A stretch of DNA of 64,000 bases from Candidatus Latescibacterota bacterium (GTDB lineage: Bacteria > Latescibacterota > UBA2968 > UBA8231): the NCBI GenBank assembly GCA_965248355.1, contig OZ252098.1:1504001-1568000 (forward strand), written 5' to 3'. This document shows, one piece after another, positions 27,698 to 37,510 of the stretch (its first letter is position 1; each line of letters starts with the position of its first letter). Made by a program: the position numbers and the translations under genes. The notes under the pieces are model-generated. The model was given only the letters and a program-made list of their open reading frames with translations, was not told the DNA's origin and made no database searches.

Positions 27698-30600
27698 CTA
27701 CCGCAGCAGCACCAGGCGCCCCGTGGCCCGTTCCGGGCCGGCGGTCAGGCGAACGAGGTAGACCCCGCTGGCCGCCGGCCGTCCCTGGTCGTCGGCGCCC
27801 CTCCAGACCACCCGGAAGCGTCCGGGACCGGCCGACGCCTCGTCCCGCAGGGTGCGCACCCGGCGGCCGAGAACGTCGTAGACCACCAGCTGCAGCGGCG
27901 AGGCCGCGGGCAGGTCGAAGTCGATGGAGGCGGCGGCGTTGAAGGGATTGGGCCACGGGCTTCGCAGGGCGAACTCCAGCGGCGGCTCTGCCGCCCCCTC
28001 CGCGACCGAAGTGGCCGGCGGCTCCCCGGTCAGGAAGGGGGTCCACACCATGGCCCCGGACAACTGCGCGGCGATCTCGTCCGGGTCGGTGGAGCCCCAG
28101 TAGTTGCCTCGCGCGTCGAGCTCCACGTCGCTGCGGTTCTCCACGGCGAGACCGTTGCCGGTGAAGACGTTGTCCCCGATCGGGTCGGGCACCGCCGGCC
28201 CGTCGACGCGCAGGGCCGTGACGTTGCCGTCGAAGCGGTTGCCGACCACGGCGGGGGCCGAGTCGACCGAATGGAGGGCCACGGCGGCGTTGACGAACTC
28301 GCTGGTGCGGACCGCGGCGGCCCGGGTCCCGGTCAGGGTGGCGCCGTTGGCCGTGAAGTGGCTCATCTCCACCGCCACCGTGCCGCCTTCCACCCGCAGG
28401 CCGGCGCCGAGGTTGCGGTCGAAGTCCGTGGTCCACACCTCCGACGCCGTCGACGCGAGATAGGCCCCGGTGCCGCGGTTGCGATGCACCTCCACCTCCT
28501 CGAAGACCACCCTCTCGGCGCCGTCGACGCGCAGGCCGTCGCGGCGGTTGGCGGTGACGGTCGTGCCGTGGAGCTCGACCACGCCCCTCCAGTCGTCCAG
28601 CTCCAGCCCGTGCCCCTCGTTCTCCTCCACCCGGCTCCGCCACAGCTCGATGCGGCCGCCCACGCCACCCTCCGCGGCCAGCCCCGAGCGCGGATCGCCG
28701 CTGTCGAGGGCCCCATTGTCCATGATGCGCGTATCGATCAACTCGAGACCGGCGTTGCTGGTGACCACTCCCTCCCGGCCGTTCTCCTCCACGACGCTGC
28801 TGCGCATCCGCAGGCGGCCCGGCCCCCGCACCCAGACGGCTCGATCGAGGATGGAGCGGAAGGTGCTGCGGTCGATGCTCGCCAGGCCGAAGAGGCGCAG
28901 ATCGACGCCCCGAAACATCCGCTGCAGGCGGCCGTCGATCAGGCGGAAGCCGCCGTCGGCCGTCATCTCGCCGCCGATCCCGATGACGGCCTGATCCAGG
29001 CTGAGACCGGTGGCGTCGATGGCCCCCCCGGCGGCCAGCCGGAGGCCCGCCCACAGGTCCTCGGGCAGGGACGAGTCGACGGTGAGGACCGCCGGGCCGG
29101 CGGCGGTGCCGGAGACGGTCAGGCGGCCCTCCACGACCAGCTCGGTGTGGGCCGGCATCTGCCCCCGACGGGACCGGTCCGGCGTCGCGAACCGGGTCTC
29201 CGAGCCGGATGCGATGCGCAGCCGGGCCCCGGCGGGCACCAGCAGGTCCCAGGGGATCGTGCGCTTCCCCCTCCACTCCGTCGTCCCCTCCGGCAGGCGA
29301 TCCCGCGCGATGCCGAGGCGCGCGCCCTCCAGGACCAGGCCTCCGGCGTCGCGGGCCGGCTCCAGCCCGGCGCTGCCGCCGCCGAAGACCAGCACTCCCA
29401 GCCACCCGCTCCCGTCCGACTTCGTCAGGCGCACCGGCGCCGCGCTGCCGCCCTCGACCACCAGCTCCCCGTAGACGATGAGCTCGCAGCGGCCGGGGTC
29501 GAAGCCGGTGCCGCGGCTGTCGGCGGCGGCGAAGCTCACCCTCGTGCCGGCGGCCAGGGTCAGAGTCGCCCCCGGCTCGACGACGACGTCCCCCTCCACG
29601 GCCACCTCGCCCGACCACCGCCGGGATCCGCCGATATTGCCTTCCACGGGCTGCTGGAGCAGCACGTCCAGGCGCATGCGGCCGTCCTCGAGAGCGGTGA
29701 TCCGGTCGAGGACCAGGCCCAGGGGAACCCCGCGGCGGTGGCCGGCGTGGGCGCGCAGGCCGGGGTTGGTGTCGAGGGCGAGGCGCCGGTACCTCACCCC
29801 GTCGAAGGGGTCGGTGGCGTCGCCTTCGTTGCCGTTGTGGTCGCTCGCGTAGCCGGCGTCCTTGGCCCAGAAATCAAGGTTGTCGCCCCCCGCCACCGGG
29901 TCGGGCGGGCCGCCGGGGAAACCGCGGTCGGCATAGAGCCCGTCGGCGCACACCAGGTCGACCTGCTTGTGCCGCTCCTCGTCGTTGTCGGCGCGCTCGT
30001 CCACGTGCCAGATGAGGAGCCCGCCGGCCGGGATGTTGCGGTTGTAGTGGCCGTGGGCCTGGCGGTTCTCGATCAGGAAGTACTCGTCGGGCGTGAGGCT
30101 CACCTTGAGCACCCGTCCGCCGCGGTCCATCGACTCCAGCTCCACCCCCCGCAGCGACTCGGTCACCTCCACGAGGCGCTCGTTGCCCGGGCCGAGCCAG
30201 CCCAGCCGGGCCAGGGACCAGGCGGAGAACGCGTTCGGCCCGTCCTCGTGTCCCCAGCCGAGGATCCCCAGCCCCATGAGGCCCCACTTGCCGATGCCGG
30301 CCGATTCCTCCGCCGGGTCGAGCTCGCCGAGGGCCGTGACCGAGGACTGGTCGAAGAGGTCGGGCAGGCCGAGGAGGTGGGCGAACTCGTGGCACATGGT
30401 CCCCGCCGTCACCCCGAAGACGTGCCCCCGCTGGGTCGTTCCGGCGAACCTGGAGAACTGGTTGCGCACCCGGATGACGCCGCCGCCGGCGGCCGGGTCG
30501 TCGGATAGGAAGTCGGACTTCAGCCCCAGGCTGGCGATGCCCGTGGCCCTGGTGATGAAGAAGTTCTCGGGAGCCGTGAGCAGGTTGATGAACAGGATGT

Positions 30601-31087
30601 CCACGTAGCCGTCGTCGTCGCCGGAGTTCGGCACGCCATCGGGGCCGTCGTTGTCGAAGTCGCCCAGGTCGACCTCGGGGTCGGCCTGCTCCAGGATTTC
30701 GAGATTGAAGCGGCCGAAGTCACCAAGGGTGGCGGAGGTGTCGGCGAGGTAGGCGGAGGCCGGGCTGCGCGACTCGTAGCGGCGGGGCAACACCCTTCCG
30801 GAGACCCGCAGCTGCCCGCCGGACATCTCGTTGTAGAAGTGGGTGAAGCTGCCCGGCAGGCCCTCGTCGAAGAGGTCGTCCGCCCACGACGGCTTCTTGT
30901 CGACACCTGGGGCCTCGCCGGCGAACTTGGCGAACACCACGAGGGCGCTGTAGCTGCCCGTGGCGGCCCCGGGGGGAGCGTAGGCCGACGGTCGGGCCGA
31001 GGGGTCGCCGGGCTGCGAGGCGGCGACGGGGCCGGCCACAAGGCCCAGCAGGACCGGCCAGGCCGCCGCCAGCCGGCGGGCCGTCAC
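27698..31087 (-). CDS. Secreted immune inhibitor A (M6)-like metalloprotease with beta-helix repeats and FlgD-Ig/T9SS-like tail (~1129 aa)
   Basis: Signal peptide; DFDNDGPDG...DDDGYVD, HEFAHLLGLPDL, WGLMGLG, EYFLIENRQ, GLLIWHVDE; parallel beta-helix repeats; DARGNYWG; WPNPFN...ASGVYLVRL...LVLLR. GTG overlaps the pafA stop. Confidence 0.88.
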   Translation of the reverse strand: MTARRLAAAWPVLLGLVAGPVAASQPGDPSARPSAYAPPGAATGSYSALVVFAKFAGEAPGVDKKPSWADDLFDEGLPGSFTHFYNEMSGGQLRVSGRVLPRRYESRSPASAYLADTSATLGDFGRFNLEILEQADPEVDLGDFDNDGPDGVPNSGDDDGYVDILFINLLTAPENFFITRATGIASLGLKSDFLSDDPAAGGGVIRVRNQFSRFAGTTQRGHVFGVTAGTMCHEFAHLLGLPDLFDQSSVTALGELDPAEESAGIGKWGLMGLGILGWGHEDGPNAFSAWSLARLGWLGPGNERLVEVTESLRGVELESMDRGGRVLKVSLTPDEYFLIENRQAHGHYNRNIPAGGLLIWHVDERADNDEERHKQVDLVCADGLYADRGFPGGPPDPVAGGDNLDFWAKDAGYASDHNGNEGDATDPFDGVRYRRLALDTNPGLRAHAGHRRGVPLGLVLDRITALEDGRMRLDVLLQQPVEGNIGGSRRWSGEVAVEGDVVVEPGATLTLAAGTRVSFAAADSRGTGFDPGRCELIVYGELVVEGGSAAPVRLTKSDGSGWLGVLVFGGGSAGLEPARDAGGLVLEGARLGIARDRLPEGTTEWRGKRTIPWDLLVPAGARLRIASGSETRFATPDRSRRGQMPAHTELVVEGRLTVSGTAAGPAVLTVDSSLPEDLWAGLRLAAGGAIDATGLSLDQAVIGIGGEMTADGGFRLIDGRLQRMFRGVDLRLFGLASIDRSTFRSILDRAVWVRGPGRLRMRSSVVEENGREGVVTSNAGLELIDTRIMDNGALDSGDPRSGLAAEGGVGGRIELWRSRVEENEGHGLELDDWRGVVELHGTTVTANRRDGLRVDGAERVVFEEVEVHRNRGTGAYLASTASEVWTTDFDRNLGAGLRVEGGTVAVEMSHFTANGATLTGTRAAAVRTSEFVNAAVALHSVDSAPAVVGNRFDGNVTALRVDGPAVPDPIGDNVFTGNGLAVENRSDVELDARGNYWGSTDPDEIAAQLSGAMVWTPFLTGEPPATSVAEGAAEPPLEFALRSPWPNPFNAAASIDFDLPAASPLQLVVYDVLGRRVRTLRDEASAGPGRFRVVWRGADDQGRPAASGVYLVRLTAGPERATGRLVLLR

Positions 31088-32511
31088 ACCCCGGCGCCCC
31101 GCACGTCCGGCGCCCGGCCGCATTCCTTGATGAAGGCGTCGGTCTCCGCCTCGTAGGAGAGGAAGGGATCGTCGAGGTTGAGGTACTTCTCGTCCTCCAC
31201 GTAGATCGAGTCCCAGTCGATGACGTAGCGCGCCTTGTGGCCGGAAAGGGCGCGCATCACCTTCGACCGCGCCAGCGCCCGCGTGTCGCCGGGAGGTTTG
31301 ACGATCGCCAGGTTCACCTGCTCGTCGTCGACCACGGTGCGGAGCAGGCCTCGCTGCCGCAGATCGTGGTAGAGGCCGCGGGCCGGATTCAGGTTGTGGT
31401 ATTCCAGGTCCAGCGACTGGATCCAGGGGTCGTCCCAGTCCCGCCCTTCCGCCTCCATGAAGGTCTCCAGGAGCCACTTCTTCGTCACCCAGTCGAGCCG
31501 GTCCATCAGGGCCATGGGGTCGCAGGCCAGGGCGTCGAGGACGAAGCGCCACTCGTCGAGGACCCAGTCCCCCTCCGGATCCTTGCCGCGCAGGTAGGTC
31601 TCGGCCAGCTGCAGGTACTGGCGCTGCACCTCCAGGGCCGTCGTGTAGCGGCCGTCCTCGAGCTGCACCTCCCACTTGAAGGTCAGGTCGCGGGAGATGT
31701 CGCGGATCGCCTGCACCGGGTCGAGCATCTTCACGTCGGGCACAACCCGCTCCTCGAGCAGCTCGAGCATGAGGGCCGTGGTGCCCACCTTCAACGCCGT
31801 GGCGTACTCCGACATGTTGGAATCGCCCACGAGCAGGTGCAGCCGGCGGTAGAGGCCCCAGTCGGCCAGCGGCTCGTCGCGCGTGTTGATGATGGCGCGG
31901 CTGAACTGGATCCACTGGTAGATCTCGGTGACGATGTGGTCGGCCCGCTGCGAGATCTGGTACGGCACCTCCCCTTCCTCGCCGGTGCCGTACTCGAAGA
32001 TGTCGGTGTGGCAGCCCACGCGTCCGGCGCCCGCGTAGATCTGCCGGCTCACGAAGAAGGGCAGGATCGCCGGCAGCAGGACCTGCGAGAACGGCACGTC
32101 CCGGCGGACCAGGTAGTTCTCGTGGCAGCCGAAGGTGGCGCCCGTGTAGTGGTCGATGTTGTTCTTGAAGAACCCGGCCTCTTCCGCCAGTCCCAGCTGG
32201 TCGAGGGCGCGCTGCATGATCACCTCGCCGGCGCGGTCCGAGGCGACCAGGTCGAAGAGGCCGCGGCACTCGGGCGTGGCGTACTCCACGTGCCCCATGT
32301 CGATGTAGACGCGCCCGCCGTTGAACAGGAAGCCGCCGTTGCCCGGCGGCTCGTCGCGCCCCCGGTAGTGGATGTCGACGATGCCCAGCCGCTCCCGGTA
32401 GAACACGCAGTCCTTGGTCTTCAGGGAGATGTAGTCGGGGCTGAGGAAGGGATCGGAGTCCGGCGGCATGCAGCCGTACTCGATCTCGAGGCCGTAGAGG
32501 CGGTTGCGCAT
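31084..32511 (-). CDS. pafA: Pup/UBact--protein ligase (PafA family)
   Basis: YGLEIEYG, FLFNGGRVYIDMGHVEYATPEC, KNNID, GCHENY, ISQRADH, RAIINTRDEP, RRLHLLVGDSN, LDLEYH. Confidence 0.92.
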   Translation of the reverse strand: MRNRLYGLEIEYGCMPPDSDPFLSPDYISLKTKDCVFYRERLGIVDIHYRGRDEPPGNGGFLFNGGRVYIDMGHVEYATPECRGLFDLVASDRAGEVIMQRALDQLGLAEEAGFFKNNIDHYTGATFGCHENYLVRRDVPFSQVLLPAILPFFVSRQIYAGAGRVGCHTDIFEYGTGEEGEVPYQISQRADHIVTEIYQWIQFSRAIINTRDEPLADWGLYRRLHLLVGDSNMSEYATALKVGTTALMLELLEERVVPDVKMLDPVQAIRDISRDLTFKWEVQLEDGRYTTALEVQRQYLQLAETYLRGKDPEGDWVLDEWRFVLDALACDPMALMDRLDWVTKKWLLETFMEAEGRDWDDPWIQSLDLEYHNLNPARGLYHDLRQRGLLRTVVDDEQVNLAIVKPPGDTRALARSKVMRALSGHKARYVIDWDSIYVEDEKYLNLDDPFLSYEAETDAFIKECGRAPDVRGAGV

Positions 32512-32512
32512 G

Positions 32513-33280
32513 CTACTCGAAAGCGGCCAGGGAGGGCGCCAGCTCCCTCTGGCTCAACAGGCGGAACTTGGTCTTCGTCGGCCGGCTGCGCTGGAGCACG
32601 GCCGCCTCGATGCGGCCGCTGCCGAGGGCGCCGCCGATGGCTTGGCGCACCTCCGGCTCGCCCACCTCCCCCTCCCCCGGCCCTTCGGGGCCGGCCTCGG
32701 CCAGGGCCCGGCCCGCCCCCCAGGCGCCCAGGGCCCGCGCCAGGGCGCCCTCCAGGGAGTCGCTGCCGGCGCCGCCGCCCAGCCGCGCCAGGATGGCCTC
32801 GGCGCCCTTCCCGCTGCCGGCGATCACGGCCGCCTCCGCGGTGCTGCTGAAGGAGCCGTCGGGATCGATGGTGTAGAACGTCTCGGCCGGGTCCGCCGGG
32901 TCGAGCTCGGCCACGAGCACGCGGGCGATGTAGGGCGAGCGGAAGATCTCGTCGAAGGCGGACTTCATCTGGGGGCCCACGCCGAGGTTGACCAGCCGCT
33001 GCAGGGGGATGTCGCTGGCCGACAGGTTGAAGACCTCCACGTGGGCGATGTCGATGACCGCCTTGCGCAGCTTCTCGATGTCGGCGGGATGGCCGATGCC
33101 GGCGAAGGCCACCTGGTTGTAGACCTCGAAGAGCTTGCGCGGCCCCGGCGTCGAGGTGAGCAGCAGCAGGCCGTCGTCGTAGGCCAGGCCGACGACGGGG
33201 CTGGCGCCCTGGAGCTGGTCCTCGGTGTACTCGCGCCGGTTGCGGATCGCCTCGACCCAGCGATAGGGCTCGTCCAGCAT
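32513..33280 (-). CDS. prcA: 20S proteasome alpha subunit
   Basis: EPYRWVEAI.NRREY, SPVVGL, RKLFEVYNQVAFAGIGHPADIEKLR; lies between prcB and pafA with TGATG coupling. Confidence 0.88.
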   Translation of the reverse strand: MLDEPYRWVEAIRNRREYTEDQLQGASPVVGLAYDDGLLLLTSTPGPRKLFEVYNQVAFAGIGHPADIEKLRKAVIDIAHVEVFNLSASDIPLQRLVNLGVGPQMKSAFDEIFRSPYIARVLVAELDPADPAETFYTIDPDGSFSSTAEAAVIAGSGKGAEAILARLGGGAGSDSLEGALARALGAWGAGRALAEAGPEGPGEGEVGEPEVRQAIGGALGSGRIEAAVLQRSRPTKTKFRLLSQRELAPSLAAFE

Positions 33281-34053
33281 CAGGCGCCCAGGCCCGCGTA
33301 GACCTGGGACAGCTCCGCCTCGGTGACCGTGGAGATGCCCTCGCCGGTGACCCGCATCACCTGGGGATAGACGGCGGAAGCCGCCTTGAAGCCGCCCGTG
33401 GCCGTGTCGTACTCGGCCGCCGTCTCCAGCATCTTCACCACCAGCTGCAGGGCCTCGGCCCCGCTGCGGTCGGCGAAGGGCCGTTCCCAGCGGTTCAGGT
33501 AGTAGAGGGAGCCCCGGATGATGGGCGAGCCGGAGCCGGTGGTGCAGAAGTCGACCGACTCGAAGGTGGCCCCGAGCACGTCGTAGAAGAAGATCTTCCC
33601 CGGCGGACCGGAGCCCGCGTCCTCGCAGGTGGCGTAGATGGGGACCACGGCGCCGATCCCCTGCAGGGCCAGGGGCAGGTTCTCGCGCAGCAGCCGCGAC
33701 AGGGTGCGCAGCCGGCCATCGAGGCTCAGCTCCTGCAGCTGGGTGCGCCGGTAGTGCTGGAAGGAGATCTCCAGCATGCGGGCGATCTCGTAGGCGCTGG
33801 CCGGAGATCCGGACAGGGCCAGCACCGAGCGGTCGTCCACGGCGAGCACCTTGTCGGCGCGGTCGTGGATGACGGTGTGGCCCGCCGTGGCCCGGCGGTC
33901 GCCGGCGACGAGCACCCCCTCGGCGTAGCGCACGGCGAGGATGGTCGTGCCCTCGGCGGCCTCGCCGGCGGAGGCCACGGGACCCGGGACCCCGGGCGCG
34001 GGCGGCAGCTGCCCGCGCTCCTTGAGGATGTTGAGGAAGTCGGCGCTCTCCAT
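33280..34053 (-). CDS. prcB: 20S proteasome beta subunit
   Basis: Short propeptide then G|TTILA (Thr1 nucleophile), AGDRRATAG, DKV, TGSGS, DTATGG. Confidence 0.92.
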   Translation of the reverse strand: MESADFLNILKERGQLPPAPGVPGPVASAGEAAEGTTILAVRYAEGVLVAGDRRATAGHTVIHDRADKVLAVDDRSVLALSGSPASAYEIARMLEISFQHYRRTQLQELSLDGRLRTLSRLLRENLPLALQGIGAVVPIYATCEDAGSGPPGKIFFYDVLGATFESVDFCTTGSGSPIIRGSLYYLNRWERPFADRSGAEALQLVVKMLETAAEYDTATGGFKAASAVYPQVMRVTGEGISTVTEAELSQVYAGLGA

Positions 34054-34075
34054 GAGCCGCGGAGGCCCCGGTGAG

Positions 34076-34270
34076 CTACTGGCCTGTACGCTGGCGGTAT
34101 CGGCGCGCCTGGTTCGGATCGACCCGGCGCATGCGGCGCAGCAGGTCGTCGGTCTCGGGCCGCTCCACCTTGGGACGCCTCGGTCCCTGGTCGTCTCCGC
34201 CGTCGTCGCCCCCGTCCATCGGCCGCGGCGGCCGGGTGGCGCGCTCACCCATTTCGAATGCTCGCCTCAT
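34076..34270 (-). CDS. ubact: UBact prokaryotic ubiquitin-like protein (64 aa, C-terminal RTGQ)
   Basis: Small, disordered-looking ORF in the pup position with a GGAG RBS; ends LLRRMRRVDPNQARRYRQRTGQ, the R[T/S]G[E/Q] UBact signature rather than Pup GG[E/Q]. Confidence 0.9.
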   Translation of the reverse strand: MRRAFEMGERATRPPRPMDGGDDGGDDQGPRRPKVERPETDDLLRRMRRVDPNQARRYRQRTGQ

Positions 34271-34286
34271 GGAAAGCTCCCTCGTC

Positions 34287-35819
34287 TCACCGCTTGGGCG
34301 CCGCTTCGGACAGGGCCGCCAGCAACTCGGCCACAGACCCCGCCCGCTCGAGCTTCTCGTTGAAGATAGCCGCCGACTCGGCGTCGACACAACTCTTCAA
34401 ATCGACCGTGGCCAGCCCTCCGTCGACCTGGAATTCGATGCTGTCCCAGTTCAGCGAGCGCACGGCGGCCCCGAACTTCTCCACCGCCCTCCCCCGGAAC
34501 CGGGCCCGCGTGCGCTCCGGCGGTTCCACGAGGGCGCGCTCCACGCCGGCATCGTCGCTCAGGCGGAACACGCCTCCCCCTTCGGAGCGCTCCAGCAGCA
34601 GGAACAGCCCCTCCTCGGGATCGACGTTGTGGTACTCCAGGTCCTGGCTCTGCAGCCAGGCGCGGTGGCCGGGGTCGTTCCAGTCGAGTCCCTCGGCCTC
34701 GGCGAAGGTGTCGAGGAGCCACTTCTTCGTCACCCAGTCGCAGCGGCCGATCAGCGGCGCCGGGTCGCCGCCGAGGGCGTCGAGGGCGAAGCCCCACTCG
34801 CGAAGAGCCCAGTCGGTCTCGGCGTCCCGGCCGGAGGCCAGCTCCCGGGCCCGGTCGAGGAAGGCCCGCTGGATCTCGATCGCCGTCGTGGTCCGGCGGT
34901 CCTCCAGCTCCACCTCCCAGCGGCGGCTCGGATCTCGGCTGATCGACTTCACCGCCCCCACCGGGTCGGCGAGCACCAGCCCCGGGGCGTGTCCGGCCTC
35001 CAGCAGCTCCAGGACGAGGCGCAGGGCCCCCACCTTCAGCGCCGTGGCCCACTCGCACAGGTTGGCGTCGCCGACGATGATGTGCAGGCGCCGGTAGCGG
35101 GCGGCGTCGGCGTGGGGCTCGTCTCGGGTGTTGACCAGGGGCCGGCGGGTCATGGTGTCGACGCTGGCGATGACCTCGAAGAAGTCGGACCGCTGGGCCA
35201 GCTGGTAGAGACCCGGGTCGGCCCGGGAATCGGTCTCCACCCCGACCTTGCCGGCGCCGGCGTAGATCTGGCGGGTCACCAGGAAGGGCAGCAGGGCGGC
35301 GATCACGTCGTCGAAGGGGATCGACCGGGGCAGCAGGAAGTTCTCGTGGCAGCCGTAGCTGTGGCCCTCGAAGTCGGTGTTGTTCTTGTAGAGGCGCACC
35401 ACCCCCCGGCCGCGGCGGGCGCTGCGCCGGCGGGCGCAGTGCAGGAGGATGCGCTCGCCGGCCCGGTCCTGGGCCACCAGGTCGGCCAGGGTCAGGCACT
35501 CGGCGGTGCTGTACTCGGGATGGGTGTGGTCGTTGTAGAGGCGCGCGCCGTTGCCGAGGATCAGGTCGGACTTGAGGTCCTTCAGGGGGATCTTCCGGGC
35601 CCGGTCCTGCTGCAGGTGCTCGGTCTCGTCGAGGTCGTTCAGCAGCTGGTCGACCTCGAAGCCGCGCATGTCCCGGCGCGGGTTCTCCAGGCCGTAGTCC
35701 CAGCGCGCGACGAAGTCCTCCCGCAGGTAGCCGCGGATCAGCTCCATCGACTCGACGACGACGTCGAGGTCGTCCACGCCGTCGACCTGGATGCCGTACT
35801 CGGTCTCCAGGCCGAACAT
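34287..35819 (-). CDS. dop: Deamidase/depupylase (Dop family)
   Basis: FGLETEYG, WDYGLENPRRDMRGF, NGARLYNDHTHPEYSTAEC, KNNTDFEGHSYGCHEN, QRSDFFE, RPLVNTRDEPHAD. Confidence 0.92.
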   Translation of the reverse strand: MFGLETEYGIQVDGVDDLDVVVESMELIRGYLREDFVARWDYGLENPRRDMRGFEVDQLLNDLDETEHLQQDRARKIPLKDLKSDLILGNGARLYNDHTHPEYSTAECLTLADLVAQDRAGERILLHCARRRSARRGRGVVRLYKNNTDFEGHSYGCHENFLLPRSIPFDDVIAALLPFLVTRQIYAGAGKVGVETDSRADPGLYQLAQRSDFFEVIASVDTMTRRPLVNTRDEPHADAARYRRLHIIVGDANLCEWATALKVGALRLVLELLEAGHAPGLVLADPVGAVKSISRDPSRRWEVELEDRRTTTAIEIQRAFLDRARELASGRDAETDWALREWGFALDALGGDPAPLIGRCDWVTKKWLLDTFAEAEGLDWNDPGHRAWLQSQDLEYHNVDPEEGLFLLLERSEGGGVFRLSDDAGVERALVEPPERTRARFRGRAVEKFGAAVRSLNWDSIEFQVDGGLATVDLKSCVDAESAAIFNEKLERAGSVAELLAALSEAAPKR

Positions 35820-35833
35820 GCGGACAGGGCCCG

Positions 35834-37510
35834 TCAGATGACGCTTCCGGAGGGGCCGGGCGGCCGGGGGCGGTCGGGGACGGCGGACCGGGGGTTCACG
35901 CGCACCACGTTCTCGGGGTCGTAGTCGAGGAGCTTGAGCCAGTCCTCGACGCTGTCGCTTGGCGGGAAGACCTCGCTCTCGCGGTACTCGGCGCGCACGG
36001 CGTCGAGCAGGTCCTGCTCGCTCACACCGGCGCCGTCCGGACCTCCCGCGGCGATGGCCCGCTTGATGGCCGTCTCCTTGGCCCGCTGCACGATGTTGTC
36101 GATCAGGGCCCCGGAGGCCAGGTCTCCGAAGTGGAGGCTCTCGGTGCGGCCGCTGCGCAGCGCCACCTCGAGGACCCGGGTCTCCCCGGTGCGCGCGAAG
36201 AGGGCCTTGACCGCCGACGCGATCAGGAACTGCCGCGCCGCCTCGGTCCCGTCGTGATCCCGCACGGCCCCGGGGTCGAGGGGCAGTTGGGGACCGAGGT
36301 AGAGGCCGAAGATCTCCTCGGCGGCCTCCCGGTCGGGCCGGTCGACCTTGATCTTGCGGTCGATCCGCCCCGGGCGCAGGATCGCCGGGTCGATCAGATC
36401 GTGGCGGTTGGAGGCCAGGATGATGACCACGTCCTGCAGCGACTCGATGCCGTCCATCTCGGTACAGAACATGGGGACCACGGTGTTGGCGATGTGGTGG
36501 CTGCGCATCGACCGCCGGGTGCCCAGAATCGACTCGGCCTCGTCGATGAAGATGAAGGGCAGGAAGCCCTCCCCGCGCTTCTGCCGGGCCTGGGCGAAGA
36601 TCTCGCGGACCATGCGCTCGGTCTCGCCGAGCCACATGTTGAGGATCTCCGGCCCCTTGATGTGCATGAAGTACTCCTCCACCTGCAGGCCCTCCTCCTC
36701 GCGCAGATGCTGCACCAGGCTGTAGGCGGTGGCCTTGCCGATCAGGGTCTTGCCGCAGCCGGGGGGGCCGTAGAGCAGGAATCCCCTGGGCGTGGAGTAC
36801 TCGAACCTCTCGAACAGCTCCGGGTGCAGGGCGGGCAGCTCGATCGTGTCCCGGATCGCCCGGATCGCCTCTTCCTGGCCGCCGATGCGGCTCCAGGGCA
36901 CGGGCGGGATGTCCTCGAGGAAGTACTCCCGGCTCTGCTTCGAGGACAGGCGCTCCAGGGCGACCTTCATCGACGGGTCGGTGCGCACCTCGTCGCCCAC
37001 CTTCAGATTCACGTCGGCCAGGGCCTCGGCGCGCTCGAGGACGAGATCGGTGGTGCCGTGCTCGTTGCCGAGGCGCAGCCGGCCGTCGTCGAGCAGGTCG
37101 GAGACGCGGCCCACCGGCCCGGCCGGCGCGGCCCCCATGAGCCCGACGATGGCGTAGGCCTCGTTGATCAGCACCCGCCCGCCCACGGTGAGGTCGGCGG
37201 GGTTCACGCGGGGGTCGATGTTGGCGTAGTACTCGGAACCACCGACGAAGACGGTGGCCACCCCCTCCTTCGGAGAGCCCAGGAAGATGCCCACGCGGTT
37301 GGCCGGGGCCGTGACCTTCTCCAGCGCCGTCTCGAGCTCGACGAGGGCCCGCCGCGCCTCCTGGAAGGTGATCTCGCGCTCCAGCAACTGCCGGCGCAGC
37401 TGGTACACGAGAGGCCGCGCCGGGTCGCGCTCGGGCAGGCTCAGAAGGACCTGGTCGACGAGCCGCAGGGGCTCGTCGACGTGCTCCTCCTCCGGGTCGC
37501 CCCCTCGCAA
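35834..37510 (-). CDS. mpa: Proteasome-associated AAA ATPase (Mpa/ARC family); true start may be upstream (~37582)
   Basis: N-terminal coiled coil, OB-like region, IGG, ELPALHPELF, GPPGCGKT, IKGPEILNMWLGE, FIDEAE, DPAILRPGRIDRKI. Confidence 0.93.
   Translation of the reverse strand: MRGGDPEEEHVDEPLRLVDQVLLSLPERDPARPLVYQLRRQLLEREITFQEARRALVELETALEKVTAPANRVGIFLGSPKEGVATVFVGGSEYYANIDPRVNPADLTVGGRVLINEAYAIVGLMGAAPAGPVGRVSDLLDDGRLRLGNEHGTTDLVLERAEALADVNLKVGDEVRTDPSMKVALERLSSKQSREYFLEDIPPVPWSRIGGQEEAIRAIRDTIELPALHPELFERFEYSTPRGFLLYGPPGCGKTLIGKATAYSLVQHLREEEGLQVEEYFMHIKGPEILNMWLGETERMVREIFAQARQKRGEGFLPFIFIDEAESILGTRRSMRSHHIANTVVPMFCTEMDGIESLQDVVIILASNRHDLIDPAILRPGRIDRKIKVDRPDREAAEEIFGLYLGPQLPLDPGAVRDHDGTEAARQFLIASAVKALFARTGETRVLEVALRSGRTESLHFGDLASGALIDNIVQRAKETAIKRAIAAGGPDGAGVSEQDLLDAVRAEYRESEVFPPSDSVEDWLKLLDYDPENVVRVNPRSAVPDRPRPPGPSGSVI

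Noticed and set aside
34076..34270. Calling the small ORF Pup
   Set aside because: The C-terminus is RTGQ, not GG[E/Q], and lacks the Pup FV..YVQKGG motif.
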